In this document: one piece after another, positions 27,568 through 37,195 of the stretch
Position numbering within the stretch: the stretch's first letter is position 1
Layout: every line of letters begins with the position of its first letter
The notes under the pieces: model-generated
Seen by the model: only the letters and a program-made list of their open reading frames with translations
The model's database searches: none
Told to the model about the DNA's origin: nothing
DNA from: an uncultured bacterium
Lineage (GTDB): Bacteria; Cyanobacteriota; Vampirovibrionia; Gastranaerophilales; Gastranaerophilaceae
Length of the DNA stretch: 64,000 bases
Assembly: GCA_949284415.1 (NCBI GenBank)
Contig: CASDVM010000027.1
Span: forward strand, 28,016-92,015
Direction of reading: 5' to 3'
Position numbers and translations under genes: made by a program

Positions 27568-27604
27568 CAATATATAATACTACATTATATAGTATTATAT
27601 ATTG
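27568..27604. promoter_or_regulatory. Perfect 15-bp inverted repeat with a 7-nt spacer; candidate operator
   Basis: CAATATATAATACTA-cattata-TAGTATTATATATTG, in the 104-nt divergent spacer between pilin G and the XRE gene. Confidence 0.55.
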
Positions 27605-27639
27605 TTTATTGTAGTTTAAAATACTCATATTATAAAACT

Positions 27640-27864
27640 ATGGATGATAAAGAACTTTTTAGCAGAATTGGTCTGAATATTAGAGTAGAGCGTACTATAA
27701 AACGTCTCACCCAAGCCCAGCTTGCAGAAATGATTGATGTACATGAAAAATATATAGGTAAAATTGAAACAGGAAAACAAAATATAACTCTTAAAACCCT
27801 GAATAAAATTGCACAAGCTTTAAATATAGATATAACAAGACTGTTAGAAGACAAAAATCATTGA
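27640..27864 (+). CDS. XRE-family helix-turn-helix regulator, divergent from pilin G
   Basis: 74 aa, RLTQAQLAEMIDVHEKYIGKIETGKQN. Confidence 0.85.
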   Translation: MDDKELFSRIGLNIRVERTIKRLTQAQLAEMIDVHEKYIGKIETGKQNITLKTLNKIAQALNIDITRLLEDKNH

Positions 27865-27883
27865 CAATTATTTATTTTTTATG

Positions 27884-30460
27884 TTAATTAAACAGGTTTA
27901 ACTGTGGAACTTCAACAGATGGAACATCAACGGATTTTTTGCGTGTTGAAAGGTTATTGGAATAATCTTTCTGCATCCTTGTCATTAATTCCTGCGAGCG
28001 CTTAATTACAGCCTGCGGCAACCCTGCCATTTTTGCTACCTGAATTCCGTAGCTTTTGCTTGCACCGCCCTGGACTATTTTACGTAAAAATTCAATCTCT
28101 CCGTTTTCTTCCGTTATTGTAATTCTGTAATTTTTTATCTGCGGATAAGTTTTTGTCATTACGTTCAACTCATGATAATGTGTTGCAAAAATACATCTCG
28201 CTTTTATTTTTGTCGCAATGTATTCTGCAACTGACCATGCTATTGCAACACCATCGTAAGTGCTTGTACCTCTGCCGATTTCATCAAGAAGTATAAAACT
28301 CCTTTCTGTTGCGGAATTTAAAATACATGCTGTTTCAATCATCTCAACCATAAAAGTTGACTGTCCGAGTGTCAAATCATCAGATGCTCCGACACGTGTA
28401 AAGATTTTGTCAATAATACCGATTTTTGCGTAATCTGCAGGAACCCATGAACCTATCTGGGCTAAAATTGCAATCAGTGCATTCTGACGCATATAGGTTG
28501 ATTTACCTGCCATATTCGGGCCTGTCAAAATCATAAACTGTGTTGAATCAAGCGAATTACATTTTAATTCCAGGTCATTCGGAACATATTCCCCGAGCGG
28601 AAGTATTTTTTCAAGCACAGGGTGGCGCCCGTTTTTGACAATAAAATCATCTGATTCATCAATAACCGGTTTGCAGTAATTATTCTCGACAGCGGTTTGC
28701 GCAAGTCCTGTATATACATCGCATTTTGCTATGCATTCGGCAATTTCTCTGATTTTTGAGACGAATTCTTTTGAATATTCCCTGAAATCACAGAATAATT
28801 TATATTCCAATTCCGTTGATTTGAATTTTGCGGAAAGAACATCATCTTCATGTTTTTTTAACTCTTCTGTTATAAATCTTTCGCCCGTTGTCAGGGTTTG
28901 CTTTCTTACATAACCTTCGGGAATTTGATTAAGATAAGAATTTGAAATTTCGATAAAGTATCCGAATACTTTGTTAAATCCTATTTTTAAAGATTTAATG
29001 CCTGTTCTTTCTTTTTCCTTTTCTTCAAAGTTTTTCAGCCAATTTTCTCCTCCGGTCAAAAGTTCACGGAAATAATCAAGTTCACCTGATACGCCTTCTT
29101 TTAAAATTCCGCCTTCTTTTATAACCTGTGGAGCGTTTTCCGCAATTGTTCTGTCAATTAATGATGCATATTCAGATATTTCATCTCTATATTGGTTAAT
29201 CTCTGCCAGCGGGTTATATTCAAGCTTTTCTGTTGCATCTAAAAGCTGCGGAAGAATCATCAAAGATGATTTCAAACTTAGGAAGTCTCTTGGGTTTGCT
29301 GAACTGTTAGACATTCTTGTTGCAAGTCTCTGTATATCATATATTTTTTCTAAAAGATTTGATATAGTGATGCGTTCGTCTGACTTTTCAACAAGTTCGG
29401 TTATGCAATTCTGACGGTTTAGAATATCTTCAACATGTTTTAGAGGCTGGCAGACCCAGTTTTTCAAAAGCCTTGCGCCCATATTTGTTTTTGTTTTGTC
29501 AACAGACCAGAGTAATGAACCGAATTTGTTTTTATCGCGCAGAGTTTCCGTAAGCTCAAGATTTTTTCTCGTACTTCCGTCCAAAATCATGTATTCGGAA
29601 AGTTCATAAGGCTCAATTCTTTCGAATTTGGGAACATTGTCTTTTAATGTTTCCCAGATATAAGCAAGCAAGGCGCCTGCTGCTCTGAACCCTGTTTTAT
29701 ATCTGTCATAGCCGAAAGATTCAAGACTGGTCGCCTGAAAAACTGCCTTAAGGTTGTTTTCTGCAAAATTAGTTTCAAAAACTGATGACGGAATTTTTGA
29801 ACAATTGTAATTTTTGGTAATTTCTTCCGGCAAATCAATCTTTTCATCAGGTACAATCTGAAACGGCATAATTTTTTGTTTCACAGAAGGACCTACGACT
29901 TCTGCAGGTGCAATTCTTGTCAATTCTGCAAGAATAAGCTCATAAGGAGCCTGTGTAACTTTAAACTCCCCTGTTGAAATATCGGCGTATGAAAATCCCC
30001 ATATTCCGCTTTTTTCGTCTTTAAACAGTGCACAAATATAATTGTTGGAGTTCTGCTGTAGAAAGTCGCTTTCTGTCAGAGTACCTGATGTTACAATTCT
30101 TGTAACCCCTCTTTTTACAAGCCCTTTTGCAAACTTTGGATCTTCAAGCTGGTCGCATATTATAACTTTATAATTTTTTTGGACGAGTTTTTCAAGATAA
30201 TTATTTACGGCCTTTGCAGGAATTCCCGCAAGCGGAATTCTTCCGAATTTCCCCTGTTCTCTGCCGGTCAGCGTAAGTTCAAGTTCTTTAGACATCGTAA
30301 CGGCATCTTCAAAAAATGTTTCGTAAAAATCCCCGAGTCTGTATAGCAGAATTTTATCCGGATTCTGGTGTTTAATTTTTAAATACTCCTGCATTGCAGG
30401 TGTCAGCTCCTCGACTTTAATATCAGCTGTATTAATAAGATTGATTTCATTATTTTTCAT
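27884..30460 (-). CDS. mutS: DNA mismatch repair protein MutS
   Basis: TPAMQEYL, TGPNMAGKST, LLDEIGRGTSTYDG and ATHYHEL. The ATG at 30460 avoids overlap with the divergent gene at 30498. Confidence 0.95.
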   Translation of the reverse strand: MKNNEINLINTADIKVEELTPAMQEYLKIKHQNPDKILLYRLGDFYETFFEDAVTMSKELELTLTGREQGKFGRIPLAGIPAKAVNNYLEKLVQKNYKVIICDQLEDPKFAKGLVKRGVTRIVTSGTLTESDFLQQNSNNYICALFKDEKSGIWGFSYADISTGEFKVTQAPYELILAELTRIAPAEVVGPSVKQKIMPFQIVPDEKIDLPEEITKNYNCSKIPSSVFETNFAENNLKAVFQATSLESFGYDRYKTGFRAAGALLAYIWETLKDNVPKFERIEPYELSEYMILDGSTRKNLELTETLRDKNKFGSLLWSVDKTKTNMGARLLKNWVCQPLKHVEDILNRQNCITELVEKSDERITISNLLEKIYDIQRLATRMSNSSANPRDFLSLKSSLMILPQLLDATEKLEYNPLAEINQYRDEISEYASLIDRTIAENAPQVIKEGGILKEGVSGELDYFRELLTGGENWLKNFEEKEKERTGIKSLKIGFNKVFGYFIEISNSYLNQIPEGYVRKQTLTTGERFITEELKKHEDDVLSAKFKSTELEYKLFCDFREYSKEFVSKIREIAECIAKCDVYTGLAQTAVENNYCKPVIDESDDFIVKNGRHPVLEKILPLGEYVPNDLELKCNSLDSTQFMILTGPNMAGKSTYMRQNALIAILAQIGSWVPADYAKIGIIDKIFTRVGASDDLTLGQSTFMVEMIETACILNSATERSFILLDEIGRGTSTYDGVAIAWSVAEYIATKIKARCIFATHYHELNVMTKTYPQIKNYRITITEENGEIEFLRKIVQGGASKSYGIQVAKMAGLPQAVIKRSQELMTRMQKDYSNNLSTRKKSVDVPSVEVPQLNLFN

Positions 30461-30497
30461 AGTTATAATAATATTATAACATGACAAGGATTTCAAC

Positions 30498-31097
30498 ATG
30501 GGATGTTTAAAAAATATTTTACGCGCAATAATTCTTACCCTTGCAGCAGTCGGTTTTTTGGCGCTCGGCGACAAAGATTTGATAGTTTCTCTTGTCGGGA
30601 ATTATTTTAATCCGCCAAAAGATGTTGTAATGGAACGTGCGCAAAAGGTCGGTGATTTTTCAAAGATTAATGATGAATTTGAAATTGAAAAAGCCGCGGG
30701 AATAATGGGCTATAATGCGGTTGTTGCAGAACACAGAGCATCGGGGCAGAAAATGCTTGTAGTGGATTCCGGTGATAAAAAAATATTAACTGCAGATGAT
30801 ATAAAATCAGATAATGTTGAAGAAAAATTGCATAAGGCAATAAGTAAAATCAAATATCAGGCAATTTCTGTTGATGACTTAAAAGTTACAAAGCATGGTA
30901 CTATGAATTCTTACGGCAAAGAGGTTCCTTATGTGAGATTTGAAGCACGTGTTAAAAAACTCCCGATAGGCGATATCGGCGGTATAATATCTGTTGCGAG
31001 CACTAAAGACGGCGAGGAACGGATTTTGATATCCGCAAATGAAAAAAATAAATATTCACAATTGATTTCTGATGAATTTTTCAGGAAAATAAAATAG
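30498..31097 (+). CDS. Hypothetical exported protein
   Basis: N-terminal hydrophobic signal-like segment ILTLAAVGFLALG. No motif recognised. Confidence 0.5.
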   Translation: MGCLKNILRAIILTLAAVGFLALGDKDLIVSLVGNYFNPPKDVVMERAQKVGDFSKINDEFEIEKAAGIMGYNAVVAEHRASGQKMLVVDSGDKKILTADDIKSDNVEEKLHKAISKIKYQAISVDDLKVTKHGTMNSYGKEVPYVRFEARVKKLPIGDIGGIISVASTKDGEERILISANEKNKYSQLISDEFFRKIK

Positions 31098-31210
31098 GTT
31101 ATTAGGACGCAGCCCTTCTGATAAATATATTTAATTTAAGATATATGGCTTTATTATATAGACAGATTGGATTTTTTGTGTTATTTTATGGTTATAGAAA
31201 ATTTAATCAT

Positions 31211-31291
31211 GTCGGAGTGGTGGAATGGTAGACACGTACGTTTCAGGTGCGTATGGAGAAATCTGTGTGGGTTCAAGTCCCATCTCCGACA
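31211..31291 (+). tRNA. tRNA-Leu (anticodon CAG), class II with a long variable arm
   Basis: Acceptor GTCGGAG/CTCCGAC, D arm GTGGAATGGTAGACAC, anticodon loop TTCAGGT, T arm GTGGGTTCAAGTCCCAT. The architecture parallels E. coli tRNA-Leu(CAG). Confidence 0.9.
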
Positions 31292-31712
31292 ATTTTTCAA
31301 AAAAGGCCTTTTAAAGGTCTTTTTTTATTGCTATTATCCAAATATGGAAGTTCAAGCAGCGTCCAATTCTTTCAAGAAGCAGAATAGTGTCAGCTTCATT
31401 TAAAATCTTGTCAAGTATACCATTTTTTTGTAAACTGTTATATATGAAAGTTTGCTTACCAACACGACAAATTGTTCAAAAAAATTACTAAACGAAAGTG
31501 CAGAAATGAGGCACTTGCGAAGAAGATATAATATTTATAATTTCAGACAACAAAAAGCGGTTTTCAAAAATCCTGTTTATACACCTGCAAAAGCAAATAT
31601 CTTAACAGATTTTCTGACTTTGGTTGGAGTTTTGCCTATCCTAAGGCCGTAATGAATTTTGTTTTTTGTATATACTCTTGAAATATATATTAACATTTGT
31701 TATAATAATAGT

Positions 31713-31955
31713 ATGAGTGATTATGATAAACTGGTAAAAATAATTGACAAGGAAGTTATCAGCGTAAAAGAACTACAGCTTATTACAAATGACGAACTTG
31801 TAGCTCAAATGAGTGAAACAAGCCCTGATCCAAGACATAAAAATTGTTTCAGGTATGAAATTCGTCTAACTAATGGTGAAATTTATTTTGTCTTTATTAA
31901 AAAGCCATGGCATATGATTCTTTTTGGCGATAAAACTGCAGATATCAAGCAATAG
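31713..31955 (+). CDS. Small hypothetical protein, 80 aa
   Basis: ORF from the internal ATG of tracked ORF 31659..31955. No motif recognised. Confidence 0.35.
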   Translation: MSDYDKLVKIIDKEVISVKELQLITNDELVAQMSETSPDPRHKNCFRYEIRLTNGEIYFVFIKKPWHMILFGDKTADIKQ

Positions 31956-31956
31956 T

Positions 31957-32880
31957 TTAGACATTACCTGTGGAACTGTTTCTGTCATCTTCTAATTGCT
32001 TTATATCAATATTATCGTTGTCATCTGTATAAGTGTTTATGACAGGGACATCTATTTCAACGTTAACATCTGCATCAACCATTTCTATATCATTTTTCGC
32101 AAACTCTTTAGTTTTTCCGTCTTCCATTTTGACAGCTACTTTACCGCTCAAAAATTGCAGATAACAAACTTTGCCCAATCCTTCAGGTGTCATAACAGAG
32201 GAACCGACAGGAGGCATTCCTTTTGCGGCATCTATATAATTTGAATATTCATAAGTCAAACAGCACAACAATCTTCCGCAGGTGCCTGAAATTTTTCCGG
32301 GTGTAATCGGCATCCCCTGATCCTTTGCAAGTTTTACGTTAATTGTTGCAAATTTTCTTAAGAAACTTGAACAGCAAAAAGGTCTTCCGCAAATTCCTGT
32401 TCCTTCCATAATTGAAGTTTCATCTCTTACTCCGATATGGCGCAAATCTATTCTGACACGTGTAAAAACTTGTGTTAAGTCTTTTAAAAGCCCCCTGAAA
32501 TCAACGCGTTCAGGGGCAGTATAATAAAAAGTAATTTTTCTTCTGTCAAAAGTTATTCTGCACTGAACTAAATTCATATTTAATTTATGCTGTTGAACTA
32601 AGTTCTGGCATTTGAAAAAAGATGTTACTTCTTCACGTTTTATATCATCAAGAGTCTGTAAATCTCTCTGGGATAAACTTCTGATTACTTTTAGAGGTTC
32701 CGGTTTACTGATGCTTTTTTCCCATAATTCAGAAATTTTTGAATTAACGATAAATGCTTTTAGTGCTTCTTCACCTTTTTCGGTTCGGACAAGAACCATC
32801 TGCCCGTCCTCAATATGGAGTGTTTCAGGAACTTCCAGCGGGTAAAATGTGTTTTTCAAATATTTAACGGCATATTTCAT
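31957..32880 (-). CDS. PSP1 domain protein (YaaT/RicT-like)
   Basis: Cys-rich PSP1 core GICGRPFCCSSF...CGRLLCCLTYE. Confidence 0.85.
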   Translation of the reverse strand: MKYAVKYLKNTFYPLEVPETLHIEDGQMVLVRTEKGEEALKAFIVNSKISELWEKSISKPEPLKVIRSLSQRDLQTLDDIKREEVTSFFKCQNLVQQHKLNMNLVQCRITFDRRKITFYYTAPERVDFRGLLKDLTQVFTRVRIDLRHIGVRDETSIMEGTGICGRPFCCSSFLRKFATINVKLAKDQGMPITPGKISGTCGRLLCCLTYEYSNYIDAAKGMPPVGSSVMTPEGLGKVCYLQFLSGKVAVKMEDGKTKEFAKNDIEMVDADVNVEIDVPVINTYTDDNDNIDIKQLEDDRNSSTGNV

Positions 32881-33881
32881 TATACGTATCTTTCTTCTTC
32901 TTTAAGTTTTCTGTTCATTAATTTTTCCAGAAGCGCCTGCGGTGTAATATCTGTATAGACAGCTTCATATATAGCATTTGACACAGGAACTTCAATATCA
33001 AGTTTTTTTGCCAGTTCACAAATTGCTTTTGATGTTTTAACTCCCTCTGCAACTGAACCAAGTTCATTTAAAATATCATCAATTTTTTTACCTTTTGCAA
33101 GCATTGAACCGACTGTGTAATTTCTGGACATAGGGCTAGAACAGGTTGCGATTAAATCTCCCATTCCGGACAGTCCGTAAAGAGTTGAAGGATTTGCTCC
33201 TAAATTAATACTTACTCGGACGATTTCTGCCATTCCGCGCGTCAAAAGCGTTCCTGTGCAATTATCGCCGAGTCCCATTGTATGTGCAAAACCTGAAGCA
33301 ATAGCAATTACATTTTTCAATGAACCGCCGAGTTCAACGCCTGTAACATCGGAATTTGTATATAATCTGAATTTAGAAGGAACATTAAGTGCTTTTTGAA
33401 CAAATTCTGCGACTTTAATATCTTCACAGGCAACTGAGGCTGCTGTCGGAAGTCCTGCAAGTACTTCTTTGGCAAGAGTCGGCCCTGAAAGGATTGCAAG
33501 TTTTTGTTCGGGAAGAACATCTTTTATTACCTCAGACATTCTCATTAAGGAAGGAAGTTCAATACCTTTTGACGCGTTCACAAGAACTTGTTCTGATTTG
33601 ATACCTGCTTCTTTCAATTTTTCACAGACATCGCGGGTTCCTGAGGTTGCTACAACAGAAAGAATAATATCTGCATCAGATATTGCCTGTTTTAAATCAG
33701 ATGTAATTTCAACTTTTTTATCCAGCTGTACTTCAAGTGGTTTTGAAGTATGTTTATTAATTTTCAGGTCATCGGACAAATCCTGCTCACGTCCCCAGAC
33801 TGTAATATTTTCAAAATTATTTGTTAACAACCAGGCTAACGTTAATCCCCAGCATCCTGCACCAAGTACTGTTAATTTCAT
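32880..33881 (-). CDS. gpsA: NAD(P)H-dependent glycerol-3-phosphate dehydrogenase
   Basis: MKLTVLGAGCWG Rossmann start, GSLKNVIAIASG. GGAGAG SD before the ATG at 33881. Confidence 0.92.
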   Translation of the reverse strand: MKLTVLGAGCWGLTLAWLLTNNFENITVWGREQDLSDDLKINKHTSKPLEVQLDKKVEITSDLKQAISDADIILSVVATSGTRDVCEKLKEAGIKSEQVLVNASKGIELPSLMRMSEVIKDVLPEQKLAILSGPTLAKEVLAGLPTAASVACEDIKVAEFVQKALNVPSKFRLYTNSDVTGVELGGSLKNVIAIASGFAHTMGLGDNCTGTLLTRGMAEIVRVSINLGANPSTLYGLSGMGDLIATCSSPMSRNYTVGSMLAKGKKIDDILNELGSVAEGVKTSKAICELAKKLDIEVPVSNAIYEAVYTDITPQALLEKLMNRKLKEEERYV

Positions 33882-33894
33882 TATTTTTCTCTCC

Positions 33895-34788
33895 TTATGC
33901 TGTCTGAACGGTGTGAATAATTTTCCTGAGTACACCGCCGTGTTTTTTTAGCTCAAGCCTTGAATTTTCAATATCCAGTTTCATAATAATTGATATAATT
34001 GCCGTTTTAATCTCCCAATTACATTTTAACAGAGTTGCAAGAGCTTCGCTGTGTGTAACATTTGCGATTTGTGCAACAATTCTTATTGCTCTGTCTTTTA
34101 ATTTTTCATTAACAGGCTGTAAATCAATCATAAAGTTTTCATAAGTTTTTCCGATTTTTATCATAGCGCCTGTCGAAAGCATATTTAAAATCATTTTTTG
34201 AGCGGTTCCTGCTTTTAATCTTGAAGATCCTGCAATAACTTCAGGCCCGACTTCCGCACATATTACAAGCCCTGCTTCTTCTGCTATTCGTCCTTGGGGG
34301 TTGCAGGTAATACCAATTGTTTTGCAGTTAACTTCTTCAGCTCTTTTTAAGACGCCGAGAAGGTATTTAGGGTTTCCGCTTGCAGAAATGACTACTGCGA
34401 CATCGTTTTCATTTAAAACTTTTGCATCTTCATAGCCTAGATCAGGGTTATCTTCTGCTCCTTCTATGGAATGTCTGATAGCTTTATCACCGCCGCAGAT
34501 AAAGCCCTGTACCATATCATGGGAAACACTGAATGTAGGAGGACATTCAGAGGCATCTAAAATCCCGAGTCTTCCTGATGTTCCGGCTCCAAAATAGATT
34601 AATCTCCCGCCTTTTAAGAACTGTTTTGCAATCAAATCGACACCTTGTGCGATATGTTCTGTTTCTTCTTCAACAGCAAGTGCAACGAGTTTATCTTCCT
34701 CGTTCATTTTTTTTACGATTTCAATGGTAGGAAGAATATCAATATCTTTAGTATTCTCATTCCTGTACTCTGTAATAATATCTGACAT
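33895..34788 (-). CDS. murQ: N-acetylmuramic acid 6-phosphate etherase
   Basis: SIS-domain motif GAGTSGRLG, TE.RN N-terminal pattern, SRLKAGTAQK. Confidence 0.88.
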   Translation of the reverse strand: MSDIITEYRNENTKDIDILPTIEIVKKMNEEDKLVALAVEEETEHIAQGVDLIAKQFLKGGRLIYFGAGTSGRLGILDASECPPTFSVSHDMVQGFICGGDKAIRHSIEGAEDNPDLGYEDAKVLNENDVAVVISASGNPKYLLGVLKRAEEVNCKTIGITCNPQGRIAEEAGLVICAEVGPEVIAGSSRLKAGTAQKMILNMLSTGAMIKIGKTYENFMIDLQPVNEKLKDRAIRIVAQIANVTHSEALATLLKCNWEIKTAIISIIMKLDIENSRLELKKHGGVLRKIIHTVQTA

Positions 34789-34839
34789 TTTGCACCTGCT
34801 TTCTAATCGGAAAATCCGATTTCCCTTAAATAATAAACA

Positions 34840-35301
34840 CTATATTAATTTTAATAAATTAGCCATTTCAATTGCTGATTTAGCTGCATCAGAGCCTTTG
34901 TTGCCTGCTTTTGTTCCGGCTCTTTCAATTGCCTGTTCGATATTATCTGTTGTAAGAACTCCAAAAATAACAGGAACACCTGTCTGCAGACTTACCTGTG
35001 CAATACCTTTGGAAACTTCAGCGCTCACATAATCAAAGTGTGCCGTTGCACCTCTGATTACTGCTCCGAGTGTGATAATTACATTATATTTGCCTGATTG
35101 TGCGAATTTTTGTGCGGTAATCGGAATTTCAAAGGCACCCGGGACTTTTACTATATCTATATTATCGTCTGACACGCCATGGCGTTTAAGTTCATCAAGC
35201 GCGCCTGACAATAGTTTAGACCCGATAAAATCGTTAAATCTTGATAAAATTATACAAAACTTTTCATTTCCTGCTACTAACTGACCTTCATAAGTTTTCA
35301 T
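34840..35301 (-). CDS. ribH: 6,7-dimethyl-8-ribityllumazine synthase
   Basis: 153 aa, VPGAFEIP and [10 protein letters not shown] motifs. Confidence 0.93.
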   Translation of the reverse strand: MKTYEGQLVAGNEKFCIILSRFNDFIGSKLLSGALDELKRHGVSDDNIDIVKVPGAFEIPITAQKFAQSGKYNVIITLGAVIRGATAHFDYVSAEVSKGIAQVSLQTGVPVIFGVLTTDNIEQAIERAGTKAGNKGSDAAKSAIEMANLLKLI

Positions 35302-35346
35302 CTTTATTCTCCATTTATAGATACAATTATTTTAGCGCATTTGTAC

Positions 35347-36051
35347 CTATTTTACAATAAGCGGAGCAAAAATCTTATAAAAAATATATATTGAGGCAAT
35401 TACAAGAAGCCCTCCGCTGATTTTTAAAAGCAGGTCCGAAAATTTGTAAAATCCTTTCCAGTTTTTAAGATGTGAAGTCAAAAATCCTGCAAGAATAAGG
35501 ATTAACCCCTGTCCCAGAGAGAATAAGAAAAGCATTAATATTGCCTGTGCAATGCTTGCTGAAAGTGATGCAAACGCCATAATGCCTGCTAAGATGGGTG
35601 TAGAACAGGGAGTGCCTGCAAGAGCAAATACTCCGCCCAGAATTATCGGATAAAGATAGGTATTTGTACCGTCATTTTTCGGCATTTCTTTTATTACGAC
35701 AGGAAGTTCAAAATCAAGCACTCCTATAAGTTTTAAACCCATAACCATTATAATCCCTGCTAAAAATATCCCGAAATATCCCCCTGCAAAAGAGATAAAA
35801 ACTTTTCCCGTTATGGCACAGATAATCCCAATAATCGAAAATACGATTGCGGTGCCGAATACAAAAAACAGCATTTGAACAAATGTTTTTAGCGGTTTTG
35901 CATCTGAATATCCGCCGATATAACCTATAATAATCGGAAGCATTGCTAAAGAGCAAGGCGAAATTGAGGCCACAAGACCGCCTAAAAATGACAAGCCCAG
36001 TAATATAGGCAAACTTCCCTGTTGAGTAAAAAGGCTGATATAGTTTTCCAT
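35347..36051 (-). CDS. ccdA: Cytochrome c biogenesis / thiol-disulfide transporter CcdA (DsbD family)
   Basis: Six TM helices with the SPCSLAMLP and GTPCSTPIL motifs. Confidence 0.85.
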   Translation of the reverse strand: MENYISLFTQQGSLPILLGLSFLGGLVASISPCSLAMLPIIIGYIGGYSDAKPLKTFVQMLFFVFGTAIVFSIIGIICAITGKVFISFAGGYFGIFLAGIIMVMGLKLIGVLDFELPVVIKEMPKNDGTNTYLYPIILGGVFALAGTPCSTPILAGIMAFASLSASIAQAILMLFLFSLGQGLILILAGFLTSHLKNWKGFYKFSDLLLKISGGLLVIASIYIFYKIFAPLIVK

Positions 36052-36053
36052 AG

Positions 36054-36440
36054 TTATTCAAGTCCCTGCAGGCATTTATCCATTTCTTCTTCTGATATGG
36101 CGCCTTCTATTCTTTTTACCTGCGCACCTTTTGAGTTGAGAAGAACAATTGTAGGTACAAGTGTTACATTATATTTTTTTATTTGTTCATCATTAAAAGA
36201 GTTTTTGTCCTGAACATGAATTTCTGTTAAAGTAATTTTGTCTTTGTATTTTGGCATAATATCTTCAAAAATTTTATTCATTGTCTGGCAGTCAAGGCAC
36301 ATTGCAGAGGTGAATTTAATAACCTGAGGCTTTCCGGTTTGAGCTATTTGTGCTGTTGTTGAACCGGATGTTGTAAGAAGCATATATGCCAATAAAGGTA
36401 TAGCAAATATTAAAGCAATAATAATTACATTTTTTTTCAT
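36054..36440 (-). CDS. Membrane-anchored thioredoxin-fold protein (TlpA/ResA-like)
   Basis: Signal anchor, then a CLDC CxxC motif. GAAAGGAG SD before the ATG at 36440. Adjacent to ccdA. Confidence 0.75.
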   Translation of the reverse strand: MKKNVIIIALIFAIPLLAYMLLTTSGSTTAQIAQTGKPQVIKFTSAMCLDCQTMNKIFEDIMPKYKDKITLTEIHVQDKNSFNDEQIKKYNVTLVPTIVLLNSKGAQVKRIEGAISEEEMDKCLQGLE

Positions 36441-36522
36441 GAAAAGAACTCCTTTCTGTTTAATATTAGCATAAACTAAAAAGGATTTTTTCAAAACCTC
36501 AGTCGGGTAGTTTTTTTTTTAC

Positions 36523-36879
36523 TACATAAGGAATGTTATTGGAAGTAAATAAGTAAATAGAAGAATAAGAGAATAAGTCTTTACGGTGCGCTGAAGCGCA
36601 CAAAAAATATAAATATCCGGCTGTTAGCGAAGTGAACAATCAATGTTTGCGAAACAATGACAAAGCCGGCTATTGTCTGAGCGTAATATTTCAAGATTCT
36701 GAAACAAGTTCAGAATGACATACGAGCGAGTTTAGCCGGCTCGAGTTGAGCAATTACAATTGATTAGTGAACTGAGTGAAAGCCGGGAGCTTCTTTGCGG
36801 TACTTTCTTGTCGGTACAAGAAAGTACCAACAAGGTATCTTTAGTAGATTGTTTTACTTCCAATAACATTCCTTATGTA
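36523..36879. mobile_element. MITE-like element, or a large structured RNA, bounded by 27-bp perfect inverted termini
   Basis: TACATAAGGAATGTTATTGGAAGTAAA at 36523-36549 is the exact reverse complement of 36853-36879. The 303-bp core has no ORF and holds three strong hairpins (36586-36601, 36696-36716, 36799-36828). Confidence 0.45.
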
Positions 36880-37044
36880 TTAAATATCTTCCGGTATATA
36901 AAAGTCTGCTTTAGATAAAAGCTCTCGTGTGTGTTCGTAACAGCAGGATTTATGACAAATCTTCTGGTATTCCCTTACAATATTTAAAATGTCGTCAACA
37001 GACATTTTGATAATCCGTCTTTCGCTTTCTATAATTCTTGCCAT
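36880..37044 (-). CDS. Small Cys-containing hypothetical protein, 54 aa (below the ORF-track cutoff)
   Basis: GGAGGT SD 4 nt before the ATG at 37044. Sequence MARIIESERRIIKMSVDDILNIVREYQKICHKSCCYEHTRELLSKADFYIPEDI. Confidence 0.45.
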   Translation of the reverse strand: MARIIESERRIIKMSVDDILNIVREYQKICHKSCCYEHTRELLSKADFYIPEDI

Positions 37045-37137
37045 TATTACCTCCAAAAATTATATCGGTAAATTTTTGGAAAAACTTTTGGCAAATCAGC
37101 TTTTGAGTGTAGAAAAATTGTTTTAAATTTGAATAAT

Positions 37138-37175
37138 AAGAACAACAGCCTCACTATAATGAGGCTGTTGTTCTT
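37138..37175 (-). terminator. Hairpin terminator after rpoC2
   Basis: AAGAACAACAGCCTCA-CTATAA-TGAGGCTGTTGTTCTT, a 16-bp perfect stem 20 nt past the rpoC2 stop. Confidence 0.75.
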
Positions 37176-37195
37176 ATAAAGAATTATTTATATAA

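Noticed and set aside
30461-30574. The N-terminal extension of mutS in the ORF track, and similar extensions for gpsA, efp, ndk, hup and the thioredoxin gene.
   Set aside because: Internal ATGs with proper SD sequences align with the conserved N-termini, and using them removes overlaps with neighbouring genes.
31167-31403. Tracked ORF of 78 aa.
   Set aside because: It overlaps tRNA-Leu(CAG) at 31211-31291, so it is spurious.
35714-36061. Tracked alternative-frame ORF of 115 aa.
   Set aside because: It lies inside ccdA in another frame. The ccdA frame shows the SPC..P motifs and TM periodicity.
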